Shown here one piece after another: positions 18,767 to 26,134 of a stretch of 32,000 bases of DNA. The DNA lies in NCBI GenBank assembly GCA_963662715.1, contig OY759724.1, forward strand, positions 3,210,001 through 3,242,000, in the 5' to 3' direction. Positions within the stretch are counted from its first letter, which is position 1, and each line of letters begins with the position of its first letter. The stretch is from Candidatus Omnitrophota bacterium. GTDB taxonomy: Bacteria > Omnitrophota > Gorgyraeia > Zapsychrales > JANLHA01. A model generated the notes under the pieces. That model searched no databases. It worked only from the letters and a program-made list of their open reading frames with translations, and had not been told where the DNA came from. A program made the translations under genes and the position numbers.

Positions 18767-20099
18767 ATTTTGTCTTAACGGGTATAGAAATCGTAAAAGA
18801 TGTGCCTTTATTCAGGTCGCTTTCTACGTTGATCTGGCCATCATAACTTTTTATGATTTCCGTAACGATGGTCAAACCCAGTCCGCATCCTTTTTCAATA
18901 TCTTTGGTTGTAAAAAAAGGTTCAAAAATATCATCAATCTTATCCCCGGCAATACCACAGCCCGTGTCTGTCACAGAAAAGATAATGTGTCCGTCCATTT
19001 GGGTGGAACACACTTTTATTTCCCCTCCAGGCCCCGTAGCATCAATAGCATTCCGCAAAAGGTTGACCAACACCCGTTCCAGCCCCAGATCCGTAACTTC
19101 CTTGAGTTCGGGATCAAGCTCTTTAGAAACGATAATCCCTTTCTCCACAATATCCGTCTTCAGGCCTTGCAAGGCCTGTTCAACCGAAGAGTTCACGTTA
19201 ATCTTGTGCAGCGAGGGGCCGGACGTACGGGAACAAGCCAAAAGACTTTTTACAATATTGGCCATTCGGTTCAACCCGTTCTTTATTTCCAGAAGGTACC
19301 CGCGAACGACCTCATCGTCCTTTACGTGCTCCAGGCAAAGATTGGTATAACGCATAACCCCGTCCAAAGGGTTATTGAATTCATGAGCGATCCCGCCCGT
19401 TAATTTTCCGATGGTTGCCAGTTTTTCATGCAAAACGATCTGTTTTTTAAGATGACTGGCCTCTTCACTGCTCTTGCCGAGCTTATGTTTTAAATTCTGG
19501 GACTCTTCCTCTACGGATTTAAATTTTTGATAAAGCTGAATACGCCTATAATTCAAAGCGATCTGGCTTGAGAGAAAGTCCAATAGCTGCAATTCGTTGG
19601 AGTTGAAGTGACTGCCGCACTCTTTGTCAGAGAGACTTATAACACCAATAAGTTTATCTTTTATTAATAAGGGGGCACATATAAAAGAAGGTGTTTTATA
19701 ACTCGACCTTGCCTTATAATTCTTAAAACGGTTATCCTGGGCAATGTCTGTAACAAAGATAGGCTTTTTACTGGCGGCGACTCTCCCCACCACCCCTTCA
19801 CCGAGTTTTTTAACCAGGCGCTCCTGCTCCGTCAATTCCATGCCCTGAGCTATCTTAAGGATCAGATCCTTTTCATTGTCATCAAGGATATAAATTGACC
19901 CCCGGTTAGCATCAAACAACTCCATGGTCTTTTTCAGGGAAGTCTCCAAGAGCTCACGCGCGCTTGACACGGCATTCACGGCAGCGCAGATGTCCCCGAT
20001 CTTTTGGAACAGCTCCGATTCTGTAAACTGCTCAAATATATGTGCCTGACTTTTATTGTACATTTGGCTTCTTTTTAACAACAGGCTGCAAACGGACAT
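18756..20099 (-). CDS. Cytoplasmic GAF-domain sensor histidine kinase
   Basis: 447 aa with no obvious TM segment. Contains a GAF domain, an H-box (GGIAHEFNNPLDG), an N-box (LLRNAIDA) and G-boxes (DTGCGI, GCGLGL). The start may instead be Met 20063. Overlaps the response-regulator gene by 11 nt. Confidence 0.92.
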   Translation of the reverse strand: MSVCSLLLKRSQMYNKSQAHIFEQFTESELFQKIGDICAAVNAVSSARELLETSLKKTMELFDANRGSIYILDDNEKDLILKIAQGMELTEQERLVKKLGEGVVGRVAASKKPIFVTDIAQDNRFKNYKARSSYKTPSFICAPLLIKDKLIGVISLSDKECGSHFNSNELQLLDFLSSQIALNYRRIQLYQKFKSVEEESQNLKHKLGKSSEEASHLKKQIVLHEKLATIGKLTGGIAHEFNNPLDGVMRYTNLCLEHVKDDEVVRGYLLEIKNGLNRMANIVKSLLACSRTSGPSLHKINVNSSVEQALQGLKTDIVEKGIIVSKELDPELKEVTDLGLERVLVNLLRNAIDATGPGGEIKVCSTQMDGHIIFSVTDTGCGIAGDKIDDIFEPFFTTKDIEKGCGLGLTIVTEIIKSYDGQINVESDLNKGTSFTISIPVKTKYEQ

Positions 20100-20976
20100 C
20101 GACCCCCTTGTCTTTTAGAGCCCTTAATCCGTTGATTGTCTGCTGCAGATAACCATTATATTTATGAGTCGGATGCTGATTCAAAAAATCCTGATAAATC
20201 GCAATAGGAGTATCAAAGTCTTTTAGATTTGCGACAGACATCGTATTGATCGTTTTAACAGTCAACACCATTTGCTGTGATGTCAAATACTCACTATCGG
20301 CGTACTCTGTCAGCAGTCCCCCGAGCGTCGCTATGCCATTTTTAACGTCACGTTTTGCAAAATACGAAGCCGCAAGCAGCCTCTTGGATTTAAAAGCGAT
20401 CTCTGTTCCGGGATTAGCTTGCACCTTATTGCTGTAAAATGTCAACGCATCCTGCAACGCTCTCTTAGCGTCCTCCTGTTTATTGAGCTTCACGTACAGA
20501 TGCATAATATACAAGGGGATATTAACACCGAGATCCGTTGTCCCGTAGTCGTTCATCAGCCTCCGATAAGCCTGGACGGCTTCGTCATACTTCTTTTCCA
20601 TTTCAAAGCTTTGCCCGATAAGAATCAAGGATTTGGCGTGCGATTCATAATCATCCGGATATTGCGAGATCGTTTCCTGAAAACTCGATCGTGCCTTCAC
20701 GTAATCTTTCTTTAATATATAAATCTTCCCGATCTTGTTATGAATCTTTCGCGATAACACTGCCTCAGGGTGTTGTTTAAGAATTTTCCGGTATTGCGCG
20801 ATCAAATCTTCATAGTTTTGATCAGGAACAGCTTTGGGATCCTGCTCAATTTCTTTGAATTGTTTTTGGGCCTGCCAGAGCTTCTTTTCCAGCTTGTAAT
20901 CACTGGTATCCACCAGGGAAAGCCCCACGAATAAAACTCCGAGGATCACAACAAATAAAATGATTGTCTTTTTCAT
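20053..20976 (-). CDS. TPR-repeat protein with N-terminal membrane anchor or signal
   Basis: 307 aa. N-terminal hydrophobic segment (IILFVVILGVLFVGLSL) followed by repeated TPR-like helical pairs. The start overlaps the upstream gene's stop (ATGA). Confidence 0.75.
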   Translation of the reverse strand: MKKTIILFVVILGVLFVGLSLVDTSDYKLEKKLWQAQKQFKEIEQDPKAVPDQNYEDLIAQYRKILKQHPEAVLSRKIHNKIGKIYILKKDYVKARSSFQETISQYPDDYESHAKSLILIGQSFEMEKKYDEAVQAYRRLMNDYGTTDLGVNIPLYIMHLYVKLNKQEDAKRALQDALTFYSNKVQANPGTEIAFKSKRLLAASYFAKRDVKNGIATLGGLLTEYADSEYLTSQQMVLTVKTINTMSVANLKDFDTPIAIYQDFLNQHPTHKYNGYLQQTINGLRALKDKGVDVRLQPVVKKKPNVQ

Positions 20977-21851
20977 TGCTCTTCTTTCTTTAATAAATAA
21001 TAGGTTGTCATTGTCGTATAATGTATGGCATCAATAAAAACAGAAAGCAGGACAGCGATGACAGCGAGAGCACCAAACAATTCCGGATAGACATTTTCTT
21101 TAAAGAGATTGGAGGCAGATTGCAACACAATCATCGGTAAATACAGTAAAGCCGGCAGCAAAAGCATAAAAAATGTGAACCAAAATGACTTCCATAATGT
21201 TTTAAAATTCGCGGCAAGCGCCGGGAAAAATTTCTTTTTATCAACAATAATCGCCGGAAAAACATAAATAAAGAGTGTTGCTGAAAAAACAGCAAGCAAC
21301 AGGTTCATGTACGGAGCGCTGATCAAGACAGATTGCTTGATAATAAAATACATACCTGTCGTTGAGCGGATAATCAGCGCCCGGGCAATCACAAGCTGAT
21401 GAAGATAAGAAAGGCCCAGCATCGTGGCCACCGGCAAAGAAGCCCCTAAAAACAAGTGGACATAAAAGGAAGCCGCTCGCTTGAAAGCAGCCTTAAAAAT
21501 AGCGGGTTGATTACCGTTAATCGCATTAATGATCGCGATAGAGGTCCCGATAAAGACACTGTTAAATATCATAAAGAGAAAACTTTGCAAAACATTATTC
21601 TGGAACCATTTAGCTAAAATGTAATACGAAAAAGGGTAGTGCAGGAATACAGCTCCCTCTAAACGGCTGATAATCGGGCCGAAAAATTTAACAAGCGGAT
21701 ATCGAGGAGCGAAAAGGAGAATTTCAAAAATCAGCAATTCCACAAACATAATAATAATATAGGGAAAAAGAATCGCCGAATGAGAGAATAAAGTGTTAAC
21801 TGAAGTTTTTAGAAGAGCGAAAGGCTGCCTGGTTTTCTTTGTTGAGGACAT
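20973..21851 (-). CDS. Polytopic integral membrane protein of unknown function
   Basis: 292 aa with about 6-7 hydrophobic helices and no cysteine residues. SD-like GGGGGGAGA upstream of the ATG. First gene of the operon. Confidence 0.65.
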   Translation of the reverse strand: MSSTKKTRQPFALLKTSVNTLFSHSAILFPYIIIMFVELLIFEILLFAPRYPLVKFFGPIISRLEGAVFLHYPFSYYILAKWFQNNVLQSFLFMIFNSVFIGTSIAIINAINGNQPAIFKAAFKRAASFYVHLFLGASLPVATMLGLSYLHQLVIARALIIRSTTGMYFIIKQSVLISAPYMNLLLAVFSATLFIYVFPAIIVDKKKFFPALAANFKTLWKSFWFTFFMLLLPALLYLPMIVLQSASNLFKENVYPELFGALAVIAVLLSVFIDAIHYTTMTTYYLLKKEEQ

Positions 21852-21904
21852 ACGAAATCTCCCCCCATTATTTATTTAAATTAAATATTTTCAAATACTT
21901 AAAG

Positions 21905-21933
21905 ATAGTATCATAGCAAAACTTTCATGTCAA
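21905..21933 (-). promoter_or_regulatory. Candidate sigma-70 promoter for the membrane/TPR/HK/RR operon
   Basis: Minus strand reads TTGACA (21933-21928), a 17-nt spacer, then TACTAT (21910-21905). It lies about 55 nt upstream of ATG 21851. Confidence 0.5.
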
Positions 21934-21977
21934 ACATAATTGGCTTTGATTTATCAATCTTGATAAATATTAATAAA

Positions 21978-22009
21978 AATAAGACAGATCGTAGCCAACC
22001 TGTCTTATT
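21978..22009 (-). terminator. Candidate intrinsic terminator after the PEP-CTERM gene
   Basis: Perfect 10-bp inverted repeat AATAAGACAG/CTGTCTTATT with a 12-nt loop. On the minus strand it is followed by TTTTATTAATATTT. The stem is AT-rich, so the terminator would be weak. Confidence 0.45.
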
Positions 22010-22077
22010 ATTTATATTTCAACGAGTTTATATGACCATAAAAAAATATACTCGTTTTTAATCTTAAAATTTTTAAA

Positions 22078-22386
22078 TTATATCTTTGTTTTCTTTTTTA
22101 AGGTCTTCATGTAACTCATCGCCACAATACCACTTCCTAAAAGCAACATTGTCGCCGGCTCAGGATTATGAAGCTGCGTGATAATTTCATCCCCTCCTCC
22201 TGACGGTAAAGGATTCGTGCCAGTAGTGACAGAAGACGGGTCAGTTTCAAAAAGGCCACCCACAGACGGCTCACTGCCACCTCCGCCACTATTACACCCA
22301 TAGACAAATGGGAGCAACACGCTAAAAAGAAACAAATTATGCAAGCGAGCAATTAACGTTTTCATAAATTTACATTCTCCCTTCAT
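22078..22386 (-). CDS. Small PEP-CTERM sorting-domain protein with lipoprotein-like signal peptide
   Basis: The C-terminus NPEPATMLLLGSGIVAMSYMKTLKKKTKI has PEP, then a TM helix, then a basic tail. The N-terminal signal ends in FVYGC followed by a Gly/Ser-rich region. The true start may be ATG 22365 (MKTLIARL...), preceded by AAGGGAG. Confidence 0.85.
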   Translation of the reverse strand: MKGECKFMKTLIARLHNLFLFSVLLPFVYGCNSGGGGSEPSVGGLFETDPSSVTTGTNPLPSGGGDEIITQLHNPEPATMLLLGSGIVAMSYMKTLKKKTKI

Positions 22387-22424
22387 TTACACTAATTTTC
22401 TGATTGACTACACAGATATTATAA

Positions 22425-22439
22425 GCAATTAATGTGCCA
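22425..22439 (-). promoter_or_regulatory. Sigma-54 (RpoN) -24/-12 promoter
   Basis: Minus strand reads TGGCACATTAATTGC(T), an exact match to TGGCAC-N5-TTGCW. It sits about 40-60 nt upstream of the two possible PEP-CTERM start codons. Confidence 0.8.
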
Positions 22440-22570
22440 ACACGCTAGAAACCCCCTTTAAACCCTGCTCATAATGCAAACACTTATGTATTAATATGTT
22501 ACAACCAATAAATACATAACTCTGATATTCTGTCATACCATGTCCGTGACTGTCACCCCACAAAATGCGT

Positions 22571-25282
22571 TCATTTTTTTATACATTGTTGTTTTATAGC
22601 CCCCACCACATCCCGCAAACCGGCAGCGACACCGTCATACTCATTCCCCTCCCCCGAAATATCAGAAATCAAGGCATCAACAGTTTTCGGTGCTCCGATG
22701 AAAACCTTAACCGGGGCAGGTCTGGGGAAGCGGCGGGTTCTCGGCCATGCCTTATGAGAACCTTCAATGAAGACCGGGACGACAGGGACGGCGAGCTCTT
22801 TCAACAAGATTCCAACGCCTCTTTTGAATTGATTCATTTCTCCGTCAATGGATCTTTGACCTTCCGGGAAATAACACACGATCTTCCCCTGCCGGAGGAC
22901 AAAGGAGCATGCCCGCAGAGCTTCAATAAGGTTATGACTGATTTCCAGGGGAATCAGTCTGGCGATTTTAATAAAAGGCCTGAAATAAAACCGCTCAAAA
23001 AATTTGCTGTATCCGACAAAATATGTCTGCAAGGCTATTTTGTAAGGCAAAGAACACACAACAAACAAGCCGTCCAGATAACTGGCATGGTTTGGGCAAA
23101 TGAGATACGGCCCTTTCTCGGGAAGATTGTGCCCCCCTTCCGTTTTCAAAAAAAAGAATATCTTGAAGACCAGCTTACAAAGCGAGATAACAATAATATT
23201 AAAAATCAGGGCCAGAGGTCCGAAAAACAGCTTAATTCTGTTAATTGTGTTTTCCTGAGGACTTTCGAGCAGAATTTCTTCCCATCGGACGCTCTTGTCT
23301 TCTTTGAAGGATTGCTCGCCATCAGGAACAACGGTCTTAAGATGGTTCATGAGCTCCCGAATCGTGTTACACATAAAAAATTTCATGGACTGCTCGTCAT
23401 CGAGCTCTAGGTTCAACTGCTCCTGGATATTTAACAAAAGCTCAATTCTGCCCAAAGAATCCAGCCCCAAATCCAGCTCCAAATGGTCTTCTTCTCTGAC
23501 ATCTCTCTGTAAGGTTTCCCGGACAAACAACAAGGCGGACTGTGTCATGCTTTGAAAAGGGGCATCTCCCCCCCCACGGTCTCCCGGAGGATTATCCTGG
23601 CGCCCCGAGGTCTTTTGCCGGGAATAGAGGGGCTCCAGCTCATATCTTTTAATCTTGCCCAGACGGGTCCTGGGCAAAGGGGTCTGGGATATGGAAAATC
23701 CCTGTATCCGTTTGTAGGTCGGGAGCCTGACTGAAACATTGTCTATCTCCCACTTGATTTTCTCCCGGATATTTGAAACCTGCTGCAGACGGAAATACTC
23801 CTCATCAATGACGATTACAGCAACCAGTCGTTCACTCCCCGGGAAAAAAGCGCCTTCCTTGGAAACGAGCACGGCGAGCTCTTTAATAAAAGGAATCTGC
23901 TGGTACTCCCTTTCCACTTCTTCAGGATAAATATTCTTCCCGCTGCCGAGGACAATAAGCTCTTTCTTCCGTCCGGCAATAAACAGATAACCTTCCTCAT
24001 CCAGGCACCCCAGATCGCCGCTGAAGAACCACCCGTCCTTAAAGACCTCTTTTGTCTGCTCTTCTGCCTGATAATAACCTTTCATGACATTCGGGCCTTG
24101 AATAAGGATCTCCCCTACGCCGGCTTCATCGGGATCAAGAATCCTGACATCACATCCCGGCAAAGGCTTGCCCACCGACCCGACTTTAATGCCTTCCACA
24201 GGAGTAAAAGAAACAACGGGAGAGGTCTCGGTTAAGCCATATCCTTCCAGAATAGAGAAACCCCAGGACAAAAAAGAACGCGCGACTTGAGGATCCAATT
24301 TCGCCCCCCCGGAAACCAGGTGTCTCACCTGACCGCCGAAGGCCTGATGCACCCGGCCGAATAAATATTTATTAAAATTTCGCCCTGAGACACACCCCAT
24401 GGCCTGAAAAACAGGCGCCAGAAAGGAGAGGATAAAACGGGTAAAAAAAGGCAGCGAAGCGATCCGCTGCTTAATTGATCTTTCCAGGAGAAAAAAGACC
24501 TGAGGAACCCCGACCAGGAGAGTTGTCCTGGTGGCCTGCATAGCCTTTGCCAGTTCCAATGAACCGATCCCCTCCGGATAAACAACCTGAGCTCCCTTCA
24601 GAAGCGGAATTAATAACGTGGTTGTAAAAGCATAGGCATGATGCAAAGGAAGAAACGACAGAAGAATATCCTGACTCTGGATAATATGATAGGATTCAAT
24701 GGCCTGGCAGTTCGACAGCAAATTATGATGCGTCAGCATAACAGCTTTCGGGAGATCTGTTGTCCCGGAAGTATAAAAAAGGACAGCCAGGTCTTCCCCA
24801 TCCTCCCCCCTGGCCTCATTTTCGGAAAAACGATCACAAGCCCCGCCGCCCTGCCTTAAATGATCCAAGAATGATTTAGAGTCAACGGCAAGTAATGGAA
24901 TTCCGGTGATCTGCTCTCCCCATTTTTGAAACATTTTCTGCGATAAAATCACCATTTTCGCCTGAGAATGACGAATAACATTCTCAATCTGTTCCCTGGA
25001 ATATTGAATATCCAGCGGGACAGCTACCGCGCGCGCATACATAACCGCAAAAAATGAGAGAGAAAAACCAGTCTGATTGTCCAGCAAAAGGATGACCCTG
25101 TCCCCGGGAGAAACGTTCTTTGCTTTAAGGTGTTCCCCCAGACGCACGACGTCATCCAGAAGGTCTCGATAAGGGATAGAGCTAACAGACTCTTTCCGAT
25201 AAGACACTAGAGCGGTTTTATCTGAGTGAATTTGGGCAGAGTGCCGGAAAGCTTTAAAGATTTGCTGTTCGACAGTTGACAT
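22571..25282 (-). CDS. Tri-domain fusion: AMP-forming fatty-acid adenylase/ligase + acyl carrier domain + PlsC-type (LPLAT) acyltransferase
   Basis: 903 aa. Adenylation motifs YTSGTTDLPKAV, GYGLTET, GDLG...GRKKELIVLGSGKNIYPEEVE and LGKIKR. Carrier domain with LGLDSLGRIELL (phosphopantetheine Ser). A hydrophobic segment follows. Then acyltransferase motifs NHASYLD (HX4D), FPEGQRS and VPVVPVFIEGS. Confidence 0.92.
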   Translation of the reverse strand: MSTVEQQIFKAFRHSAQIHSDKTALVSYRKESVSSIPYRDLLDDVVRLGEHLKAKNVSPGDRVILLLDNQTGFSLSFFAVMYARAVAVPLDIQYSREQIENVIRHSQAKMVILSQKMFQKWGEQITGIPLLAVDSKSFLDHLRQGGGACDRFSENEARGEDGEDLAVLFYTSGTTDLPKAVMLTHHNLLSNCQAIESYHIIQSQDILLSFLPLHHAYAFTTTLLIPLLKGAQVVYPEGIGSLELAKAMQATRTTLLVGVPQVFFLLERSIKQRIASLPFFTRFILSFLAPVFQAMGCVSGRNFNKYLFGRVHQAFGGQVRHLVSGGAKLDPQVARSFLSWGFSILEGYGLTETSPVVSFTPVEGIKVGSVGKPLPGCDVRILDPDEAGVGEILIQGPNVMKGYYQAEEQTKEVFKDGWFFSGDLGCLDEEGYLFIAGRKKELIVLGSGKNIYPEEVEREYQQIPFIKELAVLVSKEGAFFPGSERLVAVIVIDEEYFRLQQVSNIREKIKWEIDNVSVRLPTYKRIQGFSISQTPLPRTRLGKIKRYELEPLYSRQKTSGRQDNPPGDRGGGDAPFQSMTQSALLFVRETLQRDVREEDHLELDLGLDSLGRIELLLNIQEQLNLELDDEQSMKFFMCNTIRELMNHLKTVVPDGEQSFKEDKSVRWEEILLESPQENTINRIKLFFGPLALIFNIIVISLCKLVFKIFFFLKTEGGHNLPEKGPYLICPNHASYLDGLFVVCSLPYKIALQTYFVGYSKFFERFYFRPFIKIARLIPLEISHNLIEALRACSFVLRQGKIVCYFPEGQRSIDGEMNQFKRGVGILLKELAVPVVPVFIEGSHKAWPRTRRFPRPAPVKVFIGAPKTVDALISDISGEGNEYDGVAAGLRDVVGAIKQQCIKK

Positions 25283-25293
25283 AAATGTCGAAT

Positions 25294-25998
25294 TTATTCT
25301 TTGGTCAAAGTTCCTTGATCAAGGTTTTCAATAAAGTACTCAAAAAACTTTGGAAATTTCCTCCGGACTTCCTGTTCCATCACAGGGAGCTTCCCGAGAT
25401 AAGGCTTAACAGGCCCGTAGACATCGACTTCTTCTCCGATGCAGTCAAATCTGAATCCATGAATCCGCAAGAGAAGCCATAAGCTTTTTTCCATTAACGC
25501 GTACCAATACGTAATGCCACGGCGCTTACTCTCATGATACAATTCCCGGTAGAGTCCAAAAGCCATGGGCTTGGCACGTCGGAGAAAATCATTTTGGGCC
25601 CCGTTAACTTTTTTATCGTCCACTTGCGGTTCATAGTACATTCCGTCATCGCGCCGACGCCGCAGTTGTTTGCTGATGACAAGCCGGGATATCTCGGCAT
25701 ACCCCATTTCCGGCAGAGGATCCGGTTTTATTGTGATATCCGGGCAATGCCTCTCAATAGGCAAATTCAACTCCCCCGGGACGATCATGCGCATAGTCCC
25801 GACAACATGCCCCGCATCGTTCAGAGCTGCAAAATGAACAGACTGGGCATCATATTCATCCTTTTCCAGGCACTGGGGATAATTTTCTTCTTTAATAAAA
25901 CCGCATTCCCGGCAATAGACCTGAAAACGCAACTTATAAACTTCCTGCATTAACTCATGCTCGTCGATATCAACTCTCTTAAATGTGAATTTTTCCAT
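25294..25998 (-). CDS. N-acyl amino acid synthase-like GNAT (LuxI/FeeM fold; PEP-CTERM/exosortase system-associated acyltransferase type), paralog 1
   Basis: 234 aa. LRFQVYCRECGFIKEENYP..LEKDEYDAQSVHFAALNDAGHVVGTMRMI ... AEISRLVISKQ ... ITYWYALME matches this family as I recall it. The stop lies 11 nt before the tri-domain gene's start. Confidence 0.8.
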   Translation of the reverse strand: MEKFTFKRVDIDEHELMQEVYKLRFQVYCRECGFIKEENYPQCLEKDEYDAQSVHFAALNDAGHVVGTMRMIVPGELNLPIERHCPDITIKPDPLPEMGYAEISRLVISKQLRRRRDDGMYYEPQVDDKKVNGAQNDFLRRAKPMAFGLYRELYHESKRRGITYWYALMEKSLWLLLRIHGFRFDCIGEEVDVYGPVKPYLGKLPVMEQEVRRKFPKFFEYFIENLDQGTLTKE

Positions 25999-26008
25999 GA
26001 CTGGTGTT

Positions 26009-26037
26009 ATGCTAACATATCATGTCCTACGTGTCAA
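26009..26037 (-). promoter_or_regulatory. Candidate sigma-70 promoter (extended -10) for paralog 1
   Basis: Minus strand reads TTGACA (26037-26032), a 17-nt spacer ending in TGT, then TAGCAT (26014-26009). Only 10 nt separate the -10 from ATG 25998. Confidence 0.55.
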
Positions 26038-26134
26038 CATGAACTCAACAGATCGCAGGGGATGTTTTAATATATATAATACTTACCTTAATTAATACGG
26101 GGGGGATCAGGGAGAGGCTCCCGCAGCCAGGCCT

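Noticed and set aside
20973-21851. Polytopic membrane protein adjacent to the PEP-CTERM gene, considered as a possible exosortase
   Set aside because: The translated protein contains no cysteine at all, whereas exosortases need a catalytic Cys. I also see no conserved Arg/His exosortase motifs. It is kept as an unknown membrane protein.
22021-22056. Imperfect hairpin AACGAGT(TT)ATAT...ATATACTCGTT immediately after the PEP-CTERM stop codon
   Set aside because: The T-run follows it only on the + strand, where no gene reads into it. On the minus strand it is not followed by Us. The second hairpin (21978-22009) is the better terminator candidate.
22565-23410. 281-aa + strand ORF
   Set aside because: It is antisense to the PlsC/ACP part of the tri-domain gene, whose motifs are unambiguous. 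It is a shadow ORF.
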